From Octopus sinensis (lineage: Eukaryota): a stretch of DNA of 64,000 nucleotides. The stretch is from contig NC_043010.1 in the NCBI RefSeq assembly GCF_006345805.1, positions 60,016,001-60,080,000 of the forward strand. The letters run 5' to 3'. The number at the start of each line of letters is the position of its first letter. Position 1 is the stretch's first letter. This document shows positions 39,122-51,900 of this stretch, in pieces. Position numbers and translations under genes: made by a program. Below the pieces are notes generated by a model that saw only the letters and a program-made list of their open reading frames with translations, made no database searches and was not told the DNA's origin.

Positions 39122-42100
39122 TTAAACAAACGTAGAAGTCCATTTTTTGGCTTGTCAGCTCCAATATTCCTTGGACTAAATAATCCAATACATATTCAGT
39201 TTCAGTTAGCACTAAATATGGCAATTACCACTACTACTACTACTATCATCCATAACAACTTCTACATTATGTGCTGCATCATAAAAAAAAGATGGTTAAC
39301 AACACCTGGCTTCAGTGTGGAGTTGATCCTTTTAGATGAATTGAAAGAGCATCATCACCTCTTAAAGCGCTCAGATTCAGTCCTGCTTTCAGAGGCTACA
39401 GCAGTCCATTTTATGGTGCTACCTGCTCAGTGATCAGATTAAATGGTTATCTGTCAGAACTATTTTGTTCTCTGTCCTCTTTTCAATATGCCTTGACTCT
39501 CAAACCAAAGTCATTCTGCTGCTGCAGAAATTGGAGGTGTTGAGGAGCATCGTGTTTGAACTGGGATCCAATATATGGACAAATTCGTAAAGTAATGCCA
39601 GTTGGTGACAGGAGCAAAGACTAACACAGACAAGTCGATGTGTCTGCAGCTTGGCACCTGGAGAGACAAGTCCAGACCAGAACTTAGAAACACTGGTCTA
39701 ATGGACTAGTTACTTAGTGTCTGATTCAATCCAAACCTCTTGAGGGATGGGAATTAGGATGAAATTATGAGCAGGATGGCCAGTCTCACTCAGAAATGGA
39801 CTGAGAAGCTACCACACAAAGGTCAGACAGAGATGGCAAATGTGTGCATTGTCTCTATTATATATTACTTCCTAACCATGATACCTTGCCCTTGTTTTTG
39901 AGTAAGGGACACATTCCACTGCCCAAGCTGCCCAACCGTGCCAAAAACTTCAGTTGAAGATGCTCAAACTTGTTCAGTGTGTAAGCCTTGCTGATCTGTG
40001 GAGTTTTGCAATCTGCCAAATCCATCATGGATTTAGCAATCTGCCAAATCCATCGTGAAAACTGCCGACCACCTTCCTTCAGCAGGAAGTTTTCTTCTCT
40101 CTTTGTGATTACAGTGAAAGTGGTTGTAGAGTGGATATGACTGAAATGACAGAGGACAAATATTTGAGCACTGGGAGCAATGTAATTAACTTATCCCTTA
40201 CCCTAACATTGCTGACCTTGTGCCAAAATTTGAAACCATTACCATTATTATTATTATTATGGCAGTCAGCTGCCATTATTATTAACATATTGGGGAAAAT
40301 GCTTAGCAGCATTTCATCTGTCTTTTTTCCAACCCATGCAAGCATAGAAAAGTGGGCATTAAAGCAATGATGATGATGATGATGATGATAGAATTATGAG
40401 AGATACATTGCAAGCGTAAAGTTCCATCCATCTTAACAATTATGCAATCATTTATAAGGAATATTACACCAAGGTTATCCTCAAATAGATCAATACATTT
40501 GATGAAGTAATATATACTGAAAGAAGTAAATCTAAGAGTGGGATGAAACATGGCAAAACGGGTAAGAGTTGCAGGTAATGAAATGGAACAAATCCATTTT
40601 GAACAGAAAGCAGATGAGTATCTATCACATTTGTATATCTTCCCAGGGCTAAAACACTTGAAAATAGATTTATTGTTGTAGTTAAGCAAGTGCCATGAAT
40701 TTCCTATGCACTGCAGTTTCATTAGCATTTAAATTAATATATTATCAAAAAGAGAAGAAAAAAGACTTACATTATAAAAGCACGTATATTATTCATGATA
40801 CATGTTAGAGGCAGAAAATAGCAAGTTGCTACATAATCCTATAAACAAAATAAGAGCAAGAAAACAAAGCATATATCAGCTTAGCTTTCTGGTCTCTTAG
40901 ACACTGAGTAATAAATTAACTGACAAGTTAAACAAATGGACATTCTTAATAATGTTATATTGAGGTTGTTCAAAAATGACTAGCATGATAAAATGAGTAA
41001 AGCTAAGAATTTTCCTCAAAATCCATTAGGAGAGATAATAATTTATGTGATTGGTAATCAGGTAGACTATGTAACATCATGTTATAACAATTATAGAAAT
41101 TCTTCATTGCAGCATTCTGATAATAGTCAGAGGAAGCAGTGAATGATTTGAACCTGATGTCTTCCTTGTGTGTCTGTGTGCATCTATGGTTAATGATCTG
41201 TGGGCTCAGATATTACTGTAGGCATTGCATTGTATGAGAAAGAGTTAGACTTTAGTAACCTCATCACATCAAACTGGAGAATGGGTAATAATCTGACTAT
41301 TGTTAGAAAAGGTATCACATGGTCAAGCATTGCATTGGGGTTTCTTCTTACTGAGACAAACATACAAAAATGATAAATGGAATCTTCATTATGCGTGTGT
41401 TTGTGTGTGTGCATGCACATGTGTGCGAGCATGTACGTGTTTCTGAGAACACTTTTTCAAACATTTAAGCAACAATGTATTTGGAAAATTATTTCATCTG
41501 TTTTTTTTTGTTTTTTGTTTTTTGTTTTTTTTTTGTGTGTGTGTGTGCAGTGTCTGGTGGTAGTTGACTGTTCACTCAGCTTTGCATCAATGGAGAGAAG
41601 ATAAAACTTAATGAAAAGGAATTCAAGCATAAATATATATATTAAAACCTAGGTTGAAGCAATGTACATAGAAAGATAAAAATTGATTGAATCATTGACT
41701 TGAATTAATATCATCACATCCAAAAGGGTAGGGGAGGGGGACATTTTAGTCTTATTGTGTAGTAAGCCTTATTGATAGAACTATTATCATTATATTGGAG
41801 TAAAACTAAAACTCCTATCACCTTCATGAAGTTCATAGAATCAAACTTGGGTTAAAATGGAAGAAAATAATAATGATGATGGTAAGTTTCTAGAAAAACA
41901 CAAAATTATAAGAAAAATTATGTGATTATGAAGATGTAATTATGAAATGTGTACAAAATATAAATATTTGAAAAAAATAATACAAATTGATAAATTGTAG
42001 AAACAAAAGATATACCCAACTCAGAAATGGTCAGAATATTCCATTCTACTTTCTACTCAACTAATTGCTGTCTTTCTAATTCAACCAGTAAGCAAAAGTA

Positions 42101-43398
42101 TTGGGTAAATTGATTGTTACCTGTCTCAGAGGGCATTTAACGATTTACCCAGTGAAAACAAAAAATATCAAATAACATGAATTTTCTTTTTCTTACGCAA
42201 CACCAGACATTTATAATTATCTCCACTCACTCAAGTCACACTTTTCAAGAGTTGAGCCCTTAATGAAGCTTCATAATAACAATCTTGTGTGATATATAAA
42301 ATGTGAACAGAAATGAGAGAAGACTGTTGGACATTCAAAAGATAGTGTGAGCTTGACTGAAATTTCAAATATGAAAAGGAAAACAGAAAATGTAAGAACA
42401 AGCAGTGCAAACAAATCTTTGGAAGCAAAAATAACAGCAACTGCCTTGTTATATTTGGGATGTGTGGCAAAATATAAGACTGTGACAATGGTTTGGTATG
42501 CAAATAGAACAATTTCCTATCTCCAGAGACTTGTAGAAAAGACAATGATAGTAGAAGTAGAAAGCACTACAATGTTTGATTGCAAAGTCAAAGCAGAGGA
42601 AATAGGAAAAGATTGAAAGTTTGGACTTGGTTAGAGAAGAGAAACACCGAAGAAATCTGAAGAAACTTATCTCTATTTTCAAGTAAGAACAGAGGAAAGT
42701 CTCAAAATTTGGTAGTTGTCTTTATCTATTGTCTAGTTTAACATAATCACATGGCTCTTGGATATCTTTAGTTGGAGTCTGCTGTATTGTGAGCATTTAG
42801 TTAAGGTCTCTGGCATGAGGAGAACTTCCTCCCTTCCTTTCATCAGTCATAAATGCTGCAGAAAATGTTTATCCCCTTCTTTGTAAAACCCCTCTTGGAG
42901 AGTTGACTTGATTATGCAAAATTTAAAATATGAATCTACTTTTGTGATTCGATATGAAACTTCGTTGCAACAACAGCAACAACAATGATTTGTTGCAATG
43001 ATACAAATTTACAGAGGAATAGTCAACTGAATCAACCCGCTGTATATTACTGGTACTTATTTAACTTACTTTAGAATAATGGAAGTTGGCCTCAATTGAC
43101 TATGTAGAGGCAAGAAACTGAAGGACTGTAATTGATATCAGCTAATTTTGTTAATTAGAAAGCAATTCACATTAATGACACTTTGAAACTATTTAAACTG
43201 GTTTGTTAAACGATCGAAAGATGTGGTTTCTTCCATCTAACATATAACTATATACTGTAAGTTCACAATTTTATATGCTAATTCTTTCATGACAATATTT
43301 CTAATAAAGTACACTATGTGTTTTAATTAATTTTAAAATTCAAGAATTTAAAGGGATTTTAAAAATTACTTCATTATTAAGCCAAAGAACAAAGTCAT
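39122..43398 (+). repeat. Tandem segmental duplication, unit 2 (~4.28 kb)
   Basis: Near-identical to unit 1. It lacks two ~20-bp segments (unit-1 positions ~35626-35648 and ~36308-36328), has a shorter (GAT)n, and carries scattered substitutions. Confidence 0.97.
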
Positions 43399-43688
43399 AT
43401 ATATATAAATAATATGAGGAGTTTTAAATTAAATATAAACTCTTTCAAACATTGGGTTTGTATCAAAGAATCAGAGGCAGCCTTAGGCAGAGATTTATAT
43501 TAAAAAAATAGCTATCGTTCCATTGAAATACCTTATCTTTTCATGTTACTATTTCTTTCAACAAAGAAAGAAAACAACTCACATAGAATTTATTTCCTCT
43601 CCCCTTTTCATATCCATTAGCAATGGTTAAATATTCTAGTGAAAATTGCTATATAGTGTTTGATAATTGTACATTTTTTTGTCAACAG

Positions 43689-43839
43689 AAGTACAGTCAG
43701 CCAATAGTGGTGACATCTAGCGATGACCCTGTTATGATTCCTAACTATCTCAGTGATTCATTGGCAACTCTAAGAGACAGTTGCCTTACTTTGGACGAGC
43801 AGTATAATGGACTTTATGAAGAAATACCTGCAATGTCAG
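43689..43839 (+). CDS. Internal coding exon (151 bp, phase 0 in, phase 1 out) of an unidentified gene; peptide KYSQPIVVTSSDDPVMIPNYLSDSLATLRDSCLTLDEQYNGLYEEIPAMS
   Basis: Acceptor tttttttgtcaacAG, donor CAG|GTAATT, open frame throughout, non-repetitive composition, several retained CpGs, and a YEEI tyrosine motif. Confidence 0.65.
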
Positions 43840-44689
43840 GTAATTAGAAATATTACATTATCTCTTTAGTTTCCCTTCAACCATAACTTACCGATTTATC
43901 TTTAGTGTCAGACTTTAGGTTCACCTGTCATTAATTCCCATTGGTTCAGTTATGATCATTGCTATTAATATTAAATAGATGTGTTTATGTTTAAAAATAT
44001 TCTCACATTTTAGTAAACTCTAAGGTTGTAGAAGTCAGAATCTGTTCAGTGCTGGACTAAAACGCTTTGTAGTTTGAAGTTTAGTCTCTTTACGCTGAGG
44101 TAACTCCTCATCAGTGCTGACCTTCTCATTCAGCATTCCAAGGTTGATGAAGTACCAGTTAAATACTGGGGTCAATGTAAGAGATTATGACCTTCTGCTA
44201 ATGTTAGAAACTAATATTTAAGCATTAGATAATAAGCTACTCTAATTATCAAGTTAATTAATTACTTGTCTATCTATCTATGTGCATATGCATGCGTGTG
44301 TGAAGGAAAAGATCTCCAATAAATCTGTAGAAAAGATCTCCAATAGGATTTTATACTACTAACCATTCTTTCTTGGCTCTTTGACTTTCAAAATCAATTT
44401 TTTTTGGTGCAAAATTTAATTTTGACAAGTCTTATAAGTTGCCTTGAAGCTGTTGGTGAAATATTTCATTGGTAGCAGAACATTGTTGCTGCAAGGTGAA
44501 TTATCTCCATCATAACAAAGTTAGATGTAGAACAATAGAAGACAAGTAATTCTAAGTGTATTGCAGCATATAATAAATTTACATCTTGCATTACAAATTT
44601 CCTTGTCAAAATGTTAGCAGGAAGATTACTTGGATGTGTTGTTGTTGTACCCCCTCCTACACTGACAATCCGTCAACAAGCCAACAAGG

Positions 44690-44895
44690 AAGCTTCTATG
44701 TGGTGTGAGCAGCTAGAAATAGCAGCTAATTTCTCTTCAAACCATGCCCTACCATCTAGAAAATATTGGGATGTATACATTATAAAATGTAATCCAAGAT
44801 ACACTAATCCTGAGAAAAGATGGTTTCTCCAAGGTTGGAATACCTTTAATCATAAGTCTGCTAACTCAAGCTGAACTGGAGCTAAACAGCAACTG
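44690..44895 (+). mobile_element. Diverged short interspersed repeat (family with gctagaaatagcagc motif and gctaaacaac tail)
   Basis: gctagaaatagc also occurs at ~449-460; the copy ends ggagctaaacagcaac. Confidence 0.45.
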
Positions 44896-47039
44896 ATAAA
44901 CTTATGAATATCTTCTTTCTTAAATTTGATATTTGCAAATGCCAGAGACTTTATTAGGTTTTCCACATCATTTTATGAAAAATAAATTAATCAATGAAGC
45001 ATTAACTTTATTTAGAAGCAGTTTCAGACATTCTTACACTTGTCTTATTTGAAACACAGCAGAAGCATCGATCCCTTCTGGCAGGTTTTTTATACAAGAT
45101 TTTACACGAAATTTTGTTTAAGATTTTGAGTTATGAAAGTTTATCTAGTTTCATATGATGTGATTTAATTAAGTCTGTGTGGTAGAAAGTTCAATAGAGG
45201 AGTACAGATCTAGCCTGCCTTAGTAAAGTTGGATTATCATTATCATAATCATCATCACCATCAGTCCATTGTCTACATCCCCATTTGTGTTATCAAGTGA
45301 ACAGCCAGCTTATTGATTTCTACATATAAGCTGTGGAAGACAGGTAAATAAGTTTATTCTGTGGAAAAGAAATAGTGATGCAAAAATCAGAGAAAGTTAT
45401 TGATACAGAAGTAAACTGGTGACTCCATTGGATGTATGGGTTTTATAATGTAGCTGTGCAGTGGACAGCAAACAGTAGTAATATATATTAATCACATAAA
45501 AGAGCTGCTGACAGACTGCTTCTATGATCAGATGTCTCTCATTTAATTCTTTAGCCTAACAAGTATCTCAAAGGCTTTTCTGCTGCAGAAGCACCTAATT
45601 TCATTCAAGATCTGAACTTTTTTGTTTCAGTTTACTCTGTGAAGTATTAAAGTACTTTTCTTCTCTCACATCAATTCTTGTCAATGTTTCATTTGTTTTC
45701 TTACATTGTCTTACAGTATAATCTGAAGACATTTTTTTGATATACTTTATTTATGACTAAGTCATTAATTTCTCTAAAATTTATGCCATGGAGTACAAGC
45801 TTTAGTAAGCCACTGACGAAAAAAGGTTCGAACTTTCACAGGGTGATTATTGATTAGGTCTGTCAACCAGGGCTTCAAATAGATTAGATTCCTTTGTAGT
45901 GTACACTACAATAGTTAAAGGGTTTTCTTTTCTATTTGTGACAGAAAACAAGTATTCATAATACATAAACATAATATAAAGAGAGGAAAGATGTGGGAAT
46001 TTTTCTGGTGCCCTGCTTTGGCACAGCCGTGTGGAGCAGCTCCATTGTTAGAAACATGCAAATTGGGAGCAATACATGAAAGGTATACACATGGCACCCC
46101 CAACCGGACAATGATCTAATGTCAAAATCAGACTACTCCAAATCTTCTAGCTACTATGTTATCGTTGGTTACTGGCTAAAAGAATTTTATTCATTATACT
46201 GATTTAAATAAAATTTACTAATTTATGTGAAGGTATAGCGTCTTTGGGATGCTTTGAAATCAGGCAAATATTATAAAACTTTCTAAAGACTTTTGGATAA
46301 AAAAATTATAAGGGGAAGGTAGCTTCAAAATAAGTTTAAATGCACAAAAGTCTAGCAAACAAAATATATTCAAGATGCTTGTTTGTAGGATGATGGAACT
46401 ATTTACCCTGTCTTAACCAATGATGTTGACCTATTTTGAACAGAATCCACTAGAAACTTTAGTATAATACTTTTCTTTGAGAAAGACAATCAAAAAGTTT
46501 TTCTATATCTACTGTCTGTAAAAGCTGAAATCAGGTTACTTCTCTTATTTTACGTCTTTCTTCTGACTGGAATGAGACGTATATGTAGACTTATGCACCT
46601 ATATGTATATTTATGCATCTATATGTATATTTATGCATCTATATGCATATTTATATGAAGTTCAATCAATTAAGTGCCTAGGATCAGTATTCATCTCTGA
46701 TAAGCAAACAAAAGGAAAAGTACTCAATGCATGTTGCATAATTTATTCTTATTTGAGGCTGAGGATTAACTCCACCATTTACTCAGAATTTTTCACAGCA
46801 TATAAATCATGATTTTTCACCAATCTCAGAAAAATACATACATGCACACATACACTGAATAACTTATAAAACTGAAAGATGAAAGATTACAAGCTCTATA
46901 TTTTCATCTTTTGAATTATAAATGAGATCATTTAAGAGATAAAAATACAATCATTGTAATATTTGATTATTTCTGTTTTATGAATTTTTTTTTTCTTTTT
47001 TGATATATTACTCTTCTCTTTGTAAAAAGTTCTTTTTAC

Positions 47040-48030
47040 TGTGTTATCATTGTCGTTATCATTTGGAATCCATGTTCCATAACTGGCGGGGGTTGAATGA
47101 TTTGACAAGATCCAAAGAGTCTGAGAACCACCACATGCTTATGTATTTGCTTTGGCATAGTTTCTACGGCTGAATACCCTCAATAATGCCAATCACTTTG
47201 CAACATGCACAAGTGCTTGCTTTGTGGCACCAGCACAAATGAGGTCACTGTACTTCTGGCAAGACGAAGACCTCTTTAACTGAGTGAAGCAACAGAAGAG
47301 AAGGAAGTGGCTTTATGCTAAGGAATGAGGGATTAAAGTATGAAACCAGAACAGGTTTCTTCATGCAGAATGTTTATATGGTTACTCATATTGTAGGAAA
47401 GAAGGCGAGTCACCAAAGTGGTGCTGGAGAGGGGTAAACAATTGCAATGAGGAGGTGTCAGTACCCTCAGGGTACAAGATGAGGAGTAGTGAGGAGGAAT
47501 AAGAGAAGAGAAAATTATGGGTGGGTAGAGTTTAGGAGAGCATATAGAAGAGTGAGAGATGGGTAGAAAAGGTTGATTGATGAAGGGGTGAGTATAATAA
47601 ATGAAGAATTAATGTCGGGGCAGGATAAGTAGGGAAGAGTAGTTGACAACTGTAGAAATTGGATAGGATTGATCAACAGATGAAGTGAAGGATGGATAAG
47701 GGATGGAGGAGGTATGAGGCGAGTATGGAATTGGGGAAGGTAGGGAAGAGTATGAGATGATTGGCAGTAGAGAAAATAGGGGATAAAGGACATCATCATA
47801 GTAATAATGATATAGTAGATAGGGGAAGGAAGATAGAAAACAGGAGAAAGAGAGAAAGAGAGAGAGAGATGACATGTGATTGAGTAGCTTGCAAGAGTGA
47901 GTGGAAAGAGAGGCAAGTGTAGTATATGGGAAGAGTAAGACATTTATAGCAGTGGAGATGGAGAGAAAATGTCATCACTCAGAAGGGTGATCAAGGCAAA
48001 ATGTCAGTGGAGAGGCTAGTATTAAGAATG
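47040..48030 (-). mobile_element. Old LINE 3' end with purine-rich low-complexity extension
   Basis: tttctacggctgaataccctc..aatgccaatcacttt matches the tail family at 53285-53330; it is followed by a GA-rich tract. Confidence 0.5.
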
Positions 48031-48242
48031 AGAGCTGGATATCAAGTGAAATGGTACAAGGGAAAAGCTGGTGAAGTATGCAGCGCATCTCACATTTAAT
48101 TGCACTATAAGAATAATGCAGTTAAAGAGAGGTAGATTAAAGTGAGTGATAATTGAGGAAATTGGGCAAGGAGCCCAGTTGTGCACACACAGACACACAC
48201 ACATACGCACACACACACACACACACATATATAATGTGATCA

Positions 48243-48345
48243 TGTGACTGGCCAGGCTATCAGATGTTGTTACACACTACTGGTCTCAATGCACTATTTG
48301 CATTGTTTTAGCCTTCAAACGATGCCACCCCACTGACTTGGTGAG
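48243..48345 (-). mobile_element. SINE family D, 3' fragment
   Basis: Reverse complement of the 60830-60905 motif. Confidence 0.65.
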
Positions 48346-48715
48346 CAGGTTAACATTCCGCCTGATTGAAAATTTCTAACAAATGACAATAAACCTTCCC
48401 ATCAAGAAAATAATAAAGATGAGCTGAGATTTACTGTTCTTCAAAGATCAAACAAGCAGTTGGTAGGCAAGTGCCCCAGCATGGCCACAGCTCATAGGCT
48501 GGAACTGGAATCAATCAATCAATCTCTGGAGCGTCAGGCTTTCCAGAGTTAGAATGAACTAAAAGATTTTAAGTTCAGAATATAGAAAACTTACAAAAAA
48601 GATTATTAGTAAAATTAAATAAAAAATATGATGCTACACCAAACTTTAAAAATATTACTGAAGACGTATACTTGTACACACATGTACATATGCAAAATAT
48701 ATATATATATACATA

Positions 48716-49470
48716 TGCACACTAAGTTTTGACATTCTAGCTCCCTTCCACCATGTACAACAGTGCTTGGAAGGAACATGCGTAGTGTGTGATTGCTGCA
48801 TTGACCATGACAGAGAAAGTTGTCATGACGATACCTGCTCAGAAGCCTACACAAAGTTGCAGAAAGTGTATGAAGAGGAGTGTATGAGCTGCACACAAGT
48901 TCAGACGTTTCCAAGATGGCCAAAAAAATGTCAATATTGATGAACGTTCTGGGAGACCTGCAACCAGCAGAACTGAGAAAAACATTGCAGATGTGCGTGT
49001 AGCTGTGAGGGGAAATCATTGAATCACCATCCATGTGTTATCAGAGGATGTGTAGATTAGTTACAGTTCAGTTCAGTCCATTATCACTGAAGATTTGGGT
49101 ATGAGACGCAGGTCTGCCAGGTTTGTGCCAAAACTACTTTCAGCAGTGACCAGAAAGACACTCAGGTTTTGGTTGCACAAGTTCTCCTTGATTGTGTTGA
49201 GAACAATGAAAACTTTGTGTAGACCAAGCTTGGGGCAAAATTTGATGCAGATTCTCTGCTCAACTTTTTCTGTCATGGTCAATACAACAATCACATGCTA
49301 CACATCTTCCTTCCAAGCACTGCTGTAAACAGCAGAGGTGAGCTAGAACGATAAACTTTAGTGTGCATGCACACCTGAGCTCAAGGTTAATCTGTGCCAA
49401 GCAGTTTCACTCTGTGTGCTTTAGCTTTGTTACTATAGCAACAGTCTGGATACTTATTGATCAGACCACA
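48716..49470. mobile_element. Fold-back mariner derivative (two left ends in inverted orientation)
   Basis: The minus strand from TA at 49471-49472 gives TIR tgtggtctgatcaataagtatccagact, a 5' UTR and MTEKVEQRICIKFCPKLG. The + strand at 48716-49222 gives the same UTR, MTEKV, then ...DERSGRPATS...DLGMRRRSARFVPKLL. Confidence 0.85.
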
Positions 49471-49472
49471 TA

Positions 49473-50290
49473 TGAGTGCAGTTCCAAGTAATGCTGACTT
49501 TTGCAATACACCTAGATTGCAGGGCATTTCTAAAGTTTCCAGATGTTTCTTCAGGTTAGGTAGTGTTGAACCCAATGCTCTGATGACAATAGGGACAACC
49601 CTTCTGTTTCACTCCCATAGCTGCCACATCTTGGTAATCTCAATTCTCAGGTCTCCATATTTATCGATTTTTTCTCTTTCTTTAATAATAATATATTGAT
49701 CTCCTGGCACTGCCACATCAATTATTAGGCACTCTTGTTTGTCCCTCCTAAAGGTTACTACATCCGGCCTTCAGTACTCTAATGCCTTGTCTGTCTAGAA
49801 GTCAAAGTCCCAGGAGGTCTTGTTTGCTGTTTACCAAATATTCTTCCATGTTTCTTCTTTCACTGTTGATGCACTCCTGTATGCTAATCAGACCATGTTC
49901 ACCTTTACACCTCTTCAGGTAGAACCTGTGTACGTTTGCCTTAGGGAGTAGAGAACTATGCATTGTCATTGTCTTTCAGGCAGTGCGATTGAGTTGGTTA
50001 ATATCTGCTCATGTCCATTTTAAGACGGGTGCACAGCAACAGCTCATATGTTGGTGGCTGTCACAAGGTTCCTTGAGTTGAGGTTTGACTTCAAGAGAAG
50101 TTTGAGGCACTTCAAATATGCAGTGATGATCTTGGTTTCATTTCTCTATGCAAGATGGTGTCCAGTTTCAGGATACCAAGGTACTTATGCCTATCATCAT
50201 CTGGCTCTTCCATTTGCTCTCTATTTGTCATTTCTATGCCCCTTTCAAAGTGAGCGCCACACACTTCATGACACTGAATATTACTGAATT
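49473..50290 (-). mobile_element. R4/Dong-like non-LTR retrotransposon relic (RT C-terminus plus restriction-like endonuclease)
   Basis: One minus frame gives WDFDF*TD...RPDVVTFRRDKQECLIIDVAVPGDQYIIIKEREKIDKYGDLRIEITKMW...VVPIVIRALG...LQKSALLGTA (PD-(D/E)xK RLE). Upstream is HKYLGIL. The 5' junction lies in (TAA)n at 50293-50343. Confidence 0.88.
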
Positions 50291-50298
50291 ATCATTAC

Positions 50299-50341
<43 letters not shown>

Positions 50342-50343
<2 letters not shown>

Positions 50344-50750
50344 GGCAGCAAGTTGACAGAATCATTAGCACACCAGGTGAAATGCTTAGCGGTATTTCAT
50401 CTGTCTTCGTGTTCTGAGTTCAAATTGCACTAAGGTCACTTTTGCCTTTCATTCTTTTTGCGTCAATAAAATACGTACCAGTTGAGTACTGGGGGTCGAT
50501 GCAATCAACTATCCCTCTCCCACAAATTTCTGGATTTGTGTTTATAGCAGAAAGGATTATTATTATTATGCTTAGTGGTATTTTGACCATATTCATGTTC
50601 TGAGTTCAAATTCCGCTGAGGTCGACTTTGCCTTTCATCCTTTCAGGATCAATAAAATAAGTACCAGGTGAGTACTGAGGTTGATGTAATCGACTATTCC
50701 CCTCCCCCAAAATTCAGGCCTTTAGTTGAAAAGATTATTATTGCTGATGT
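50342..50750 (+). mobile_element. Two tandem SINE-B copies
   Basis: aaggcagcaagttgacagaatc...gttctgagttcaaatt at 50342-50570; a second 5'-truncated copy at 50570-50750; (TTA)n spacers. Confidence 0.8.
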
Positions 50751-51229
50751 TGTTGTTATTACCATCCACATCATCTCATCCTCATCAAATGAGTTGTGTC
50801 AAAACGGTAGAATATCAGACTTAATGCTGCCTCATATCAAGGTCTTTTGATATTTTGAGTTTAAATTCTGCCTTTCTGCTTAAAATGGACTCTCAGCTAA
50901 CAAGGTTTTAATTCCCAGTTATTGTTCTCTCACTTCATATTGCAAATGTTCTTGACAAAAAAAGCCATGAATATCACATAGTCATGCTTTCCTTTCCTAT
51001 AAATCTGAAGACCTGGGATTATATTGGGAAAGAAAATTCAAGCAGTTGAACAAAATGACTGAAACTTCATCAAGTAAATTGCGTTCAATTTAATTTTCAG
51101 GTATTCACATATACATGGATTGTTGCAGTCTGGTGTTTTGCACATACACACATATATATACATACATATATATATATATATACATACATACATACAAACA
51201 CACATACATATATATACATACTTACTTAC

Positions 51230-51257
<28 letters not shown>

Positions 51258-51260
<3 letters not shown>

Positions 51261-51498
51261 CCAATTAAGGACTGCACACGAAAAGTGGACAGTCAACATG
51301 CTAGATATAGACGTCAAATCGCCATTCTCCACAAAAAGTTTATGTTCTCAGATCAAACTCAACAAAACCACTTGTTTATTACTTTGGTTTTGTTGAGTTT
51401 GATCTGAGAACATAAACTTTTTTGTGGAGAATGGCGATTTGACGTCTATATCTAGCATGTTGACTGTCCACTTTTCGTGTGCAGTCCTTAATTGGTAT
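51258..51498. repeat. Near-perfect palindrome (113/114-bp arms, 14-nt spacer), probably a fold-back MITE inserted in (TA)n
   Basis: Arm 51258-51370 is the reverse complement of 51385-51498 apart from one A/T-run indel; the spacer is cttgtttattactt; TA-rich flanks. Confidence 0.93.
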
Positions 51499-51584
51499 AT
51501 ATAAATATTTTAATCTTCGGATTCTTTTTTAATATGCTAGACCACTGGTTCTAATTGATAAATATCAATTTTTACCCTAAATTT

Positions 51585-51684
51585 AATTATATATATATAC
51601 ATATACATACATATATACATACATACATATATATACATATATATACATATACATACATATATATACATATACATACATATATAT

Positions 51685-51731
<47 letters not shown>

Positions 51732-51900
51732 CATACATATATATACATATATATACATACATATAATATGCATATATATATATATGTACATACATATATA
51801 TATATACATACACATATATACATACATACACACATATATATATATATATACATACACACACATATACACGCACACACACACACACACATACAGGCACACA
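51585..51900. repeat. Long (TA)/(TACA)/(CA) microsatellite
   Basis: Directly visible. Confidence 0.95.
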
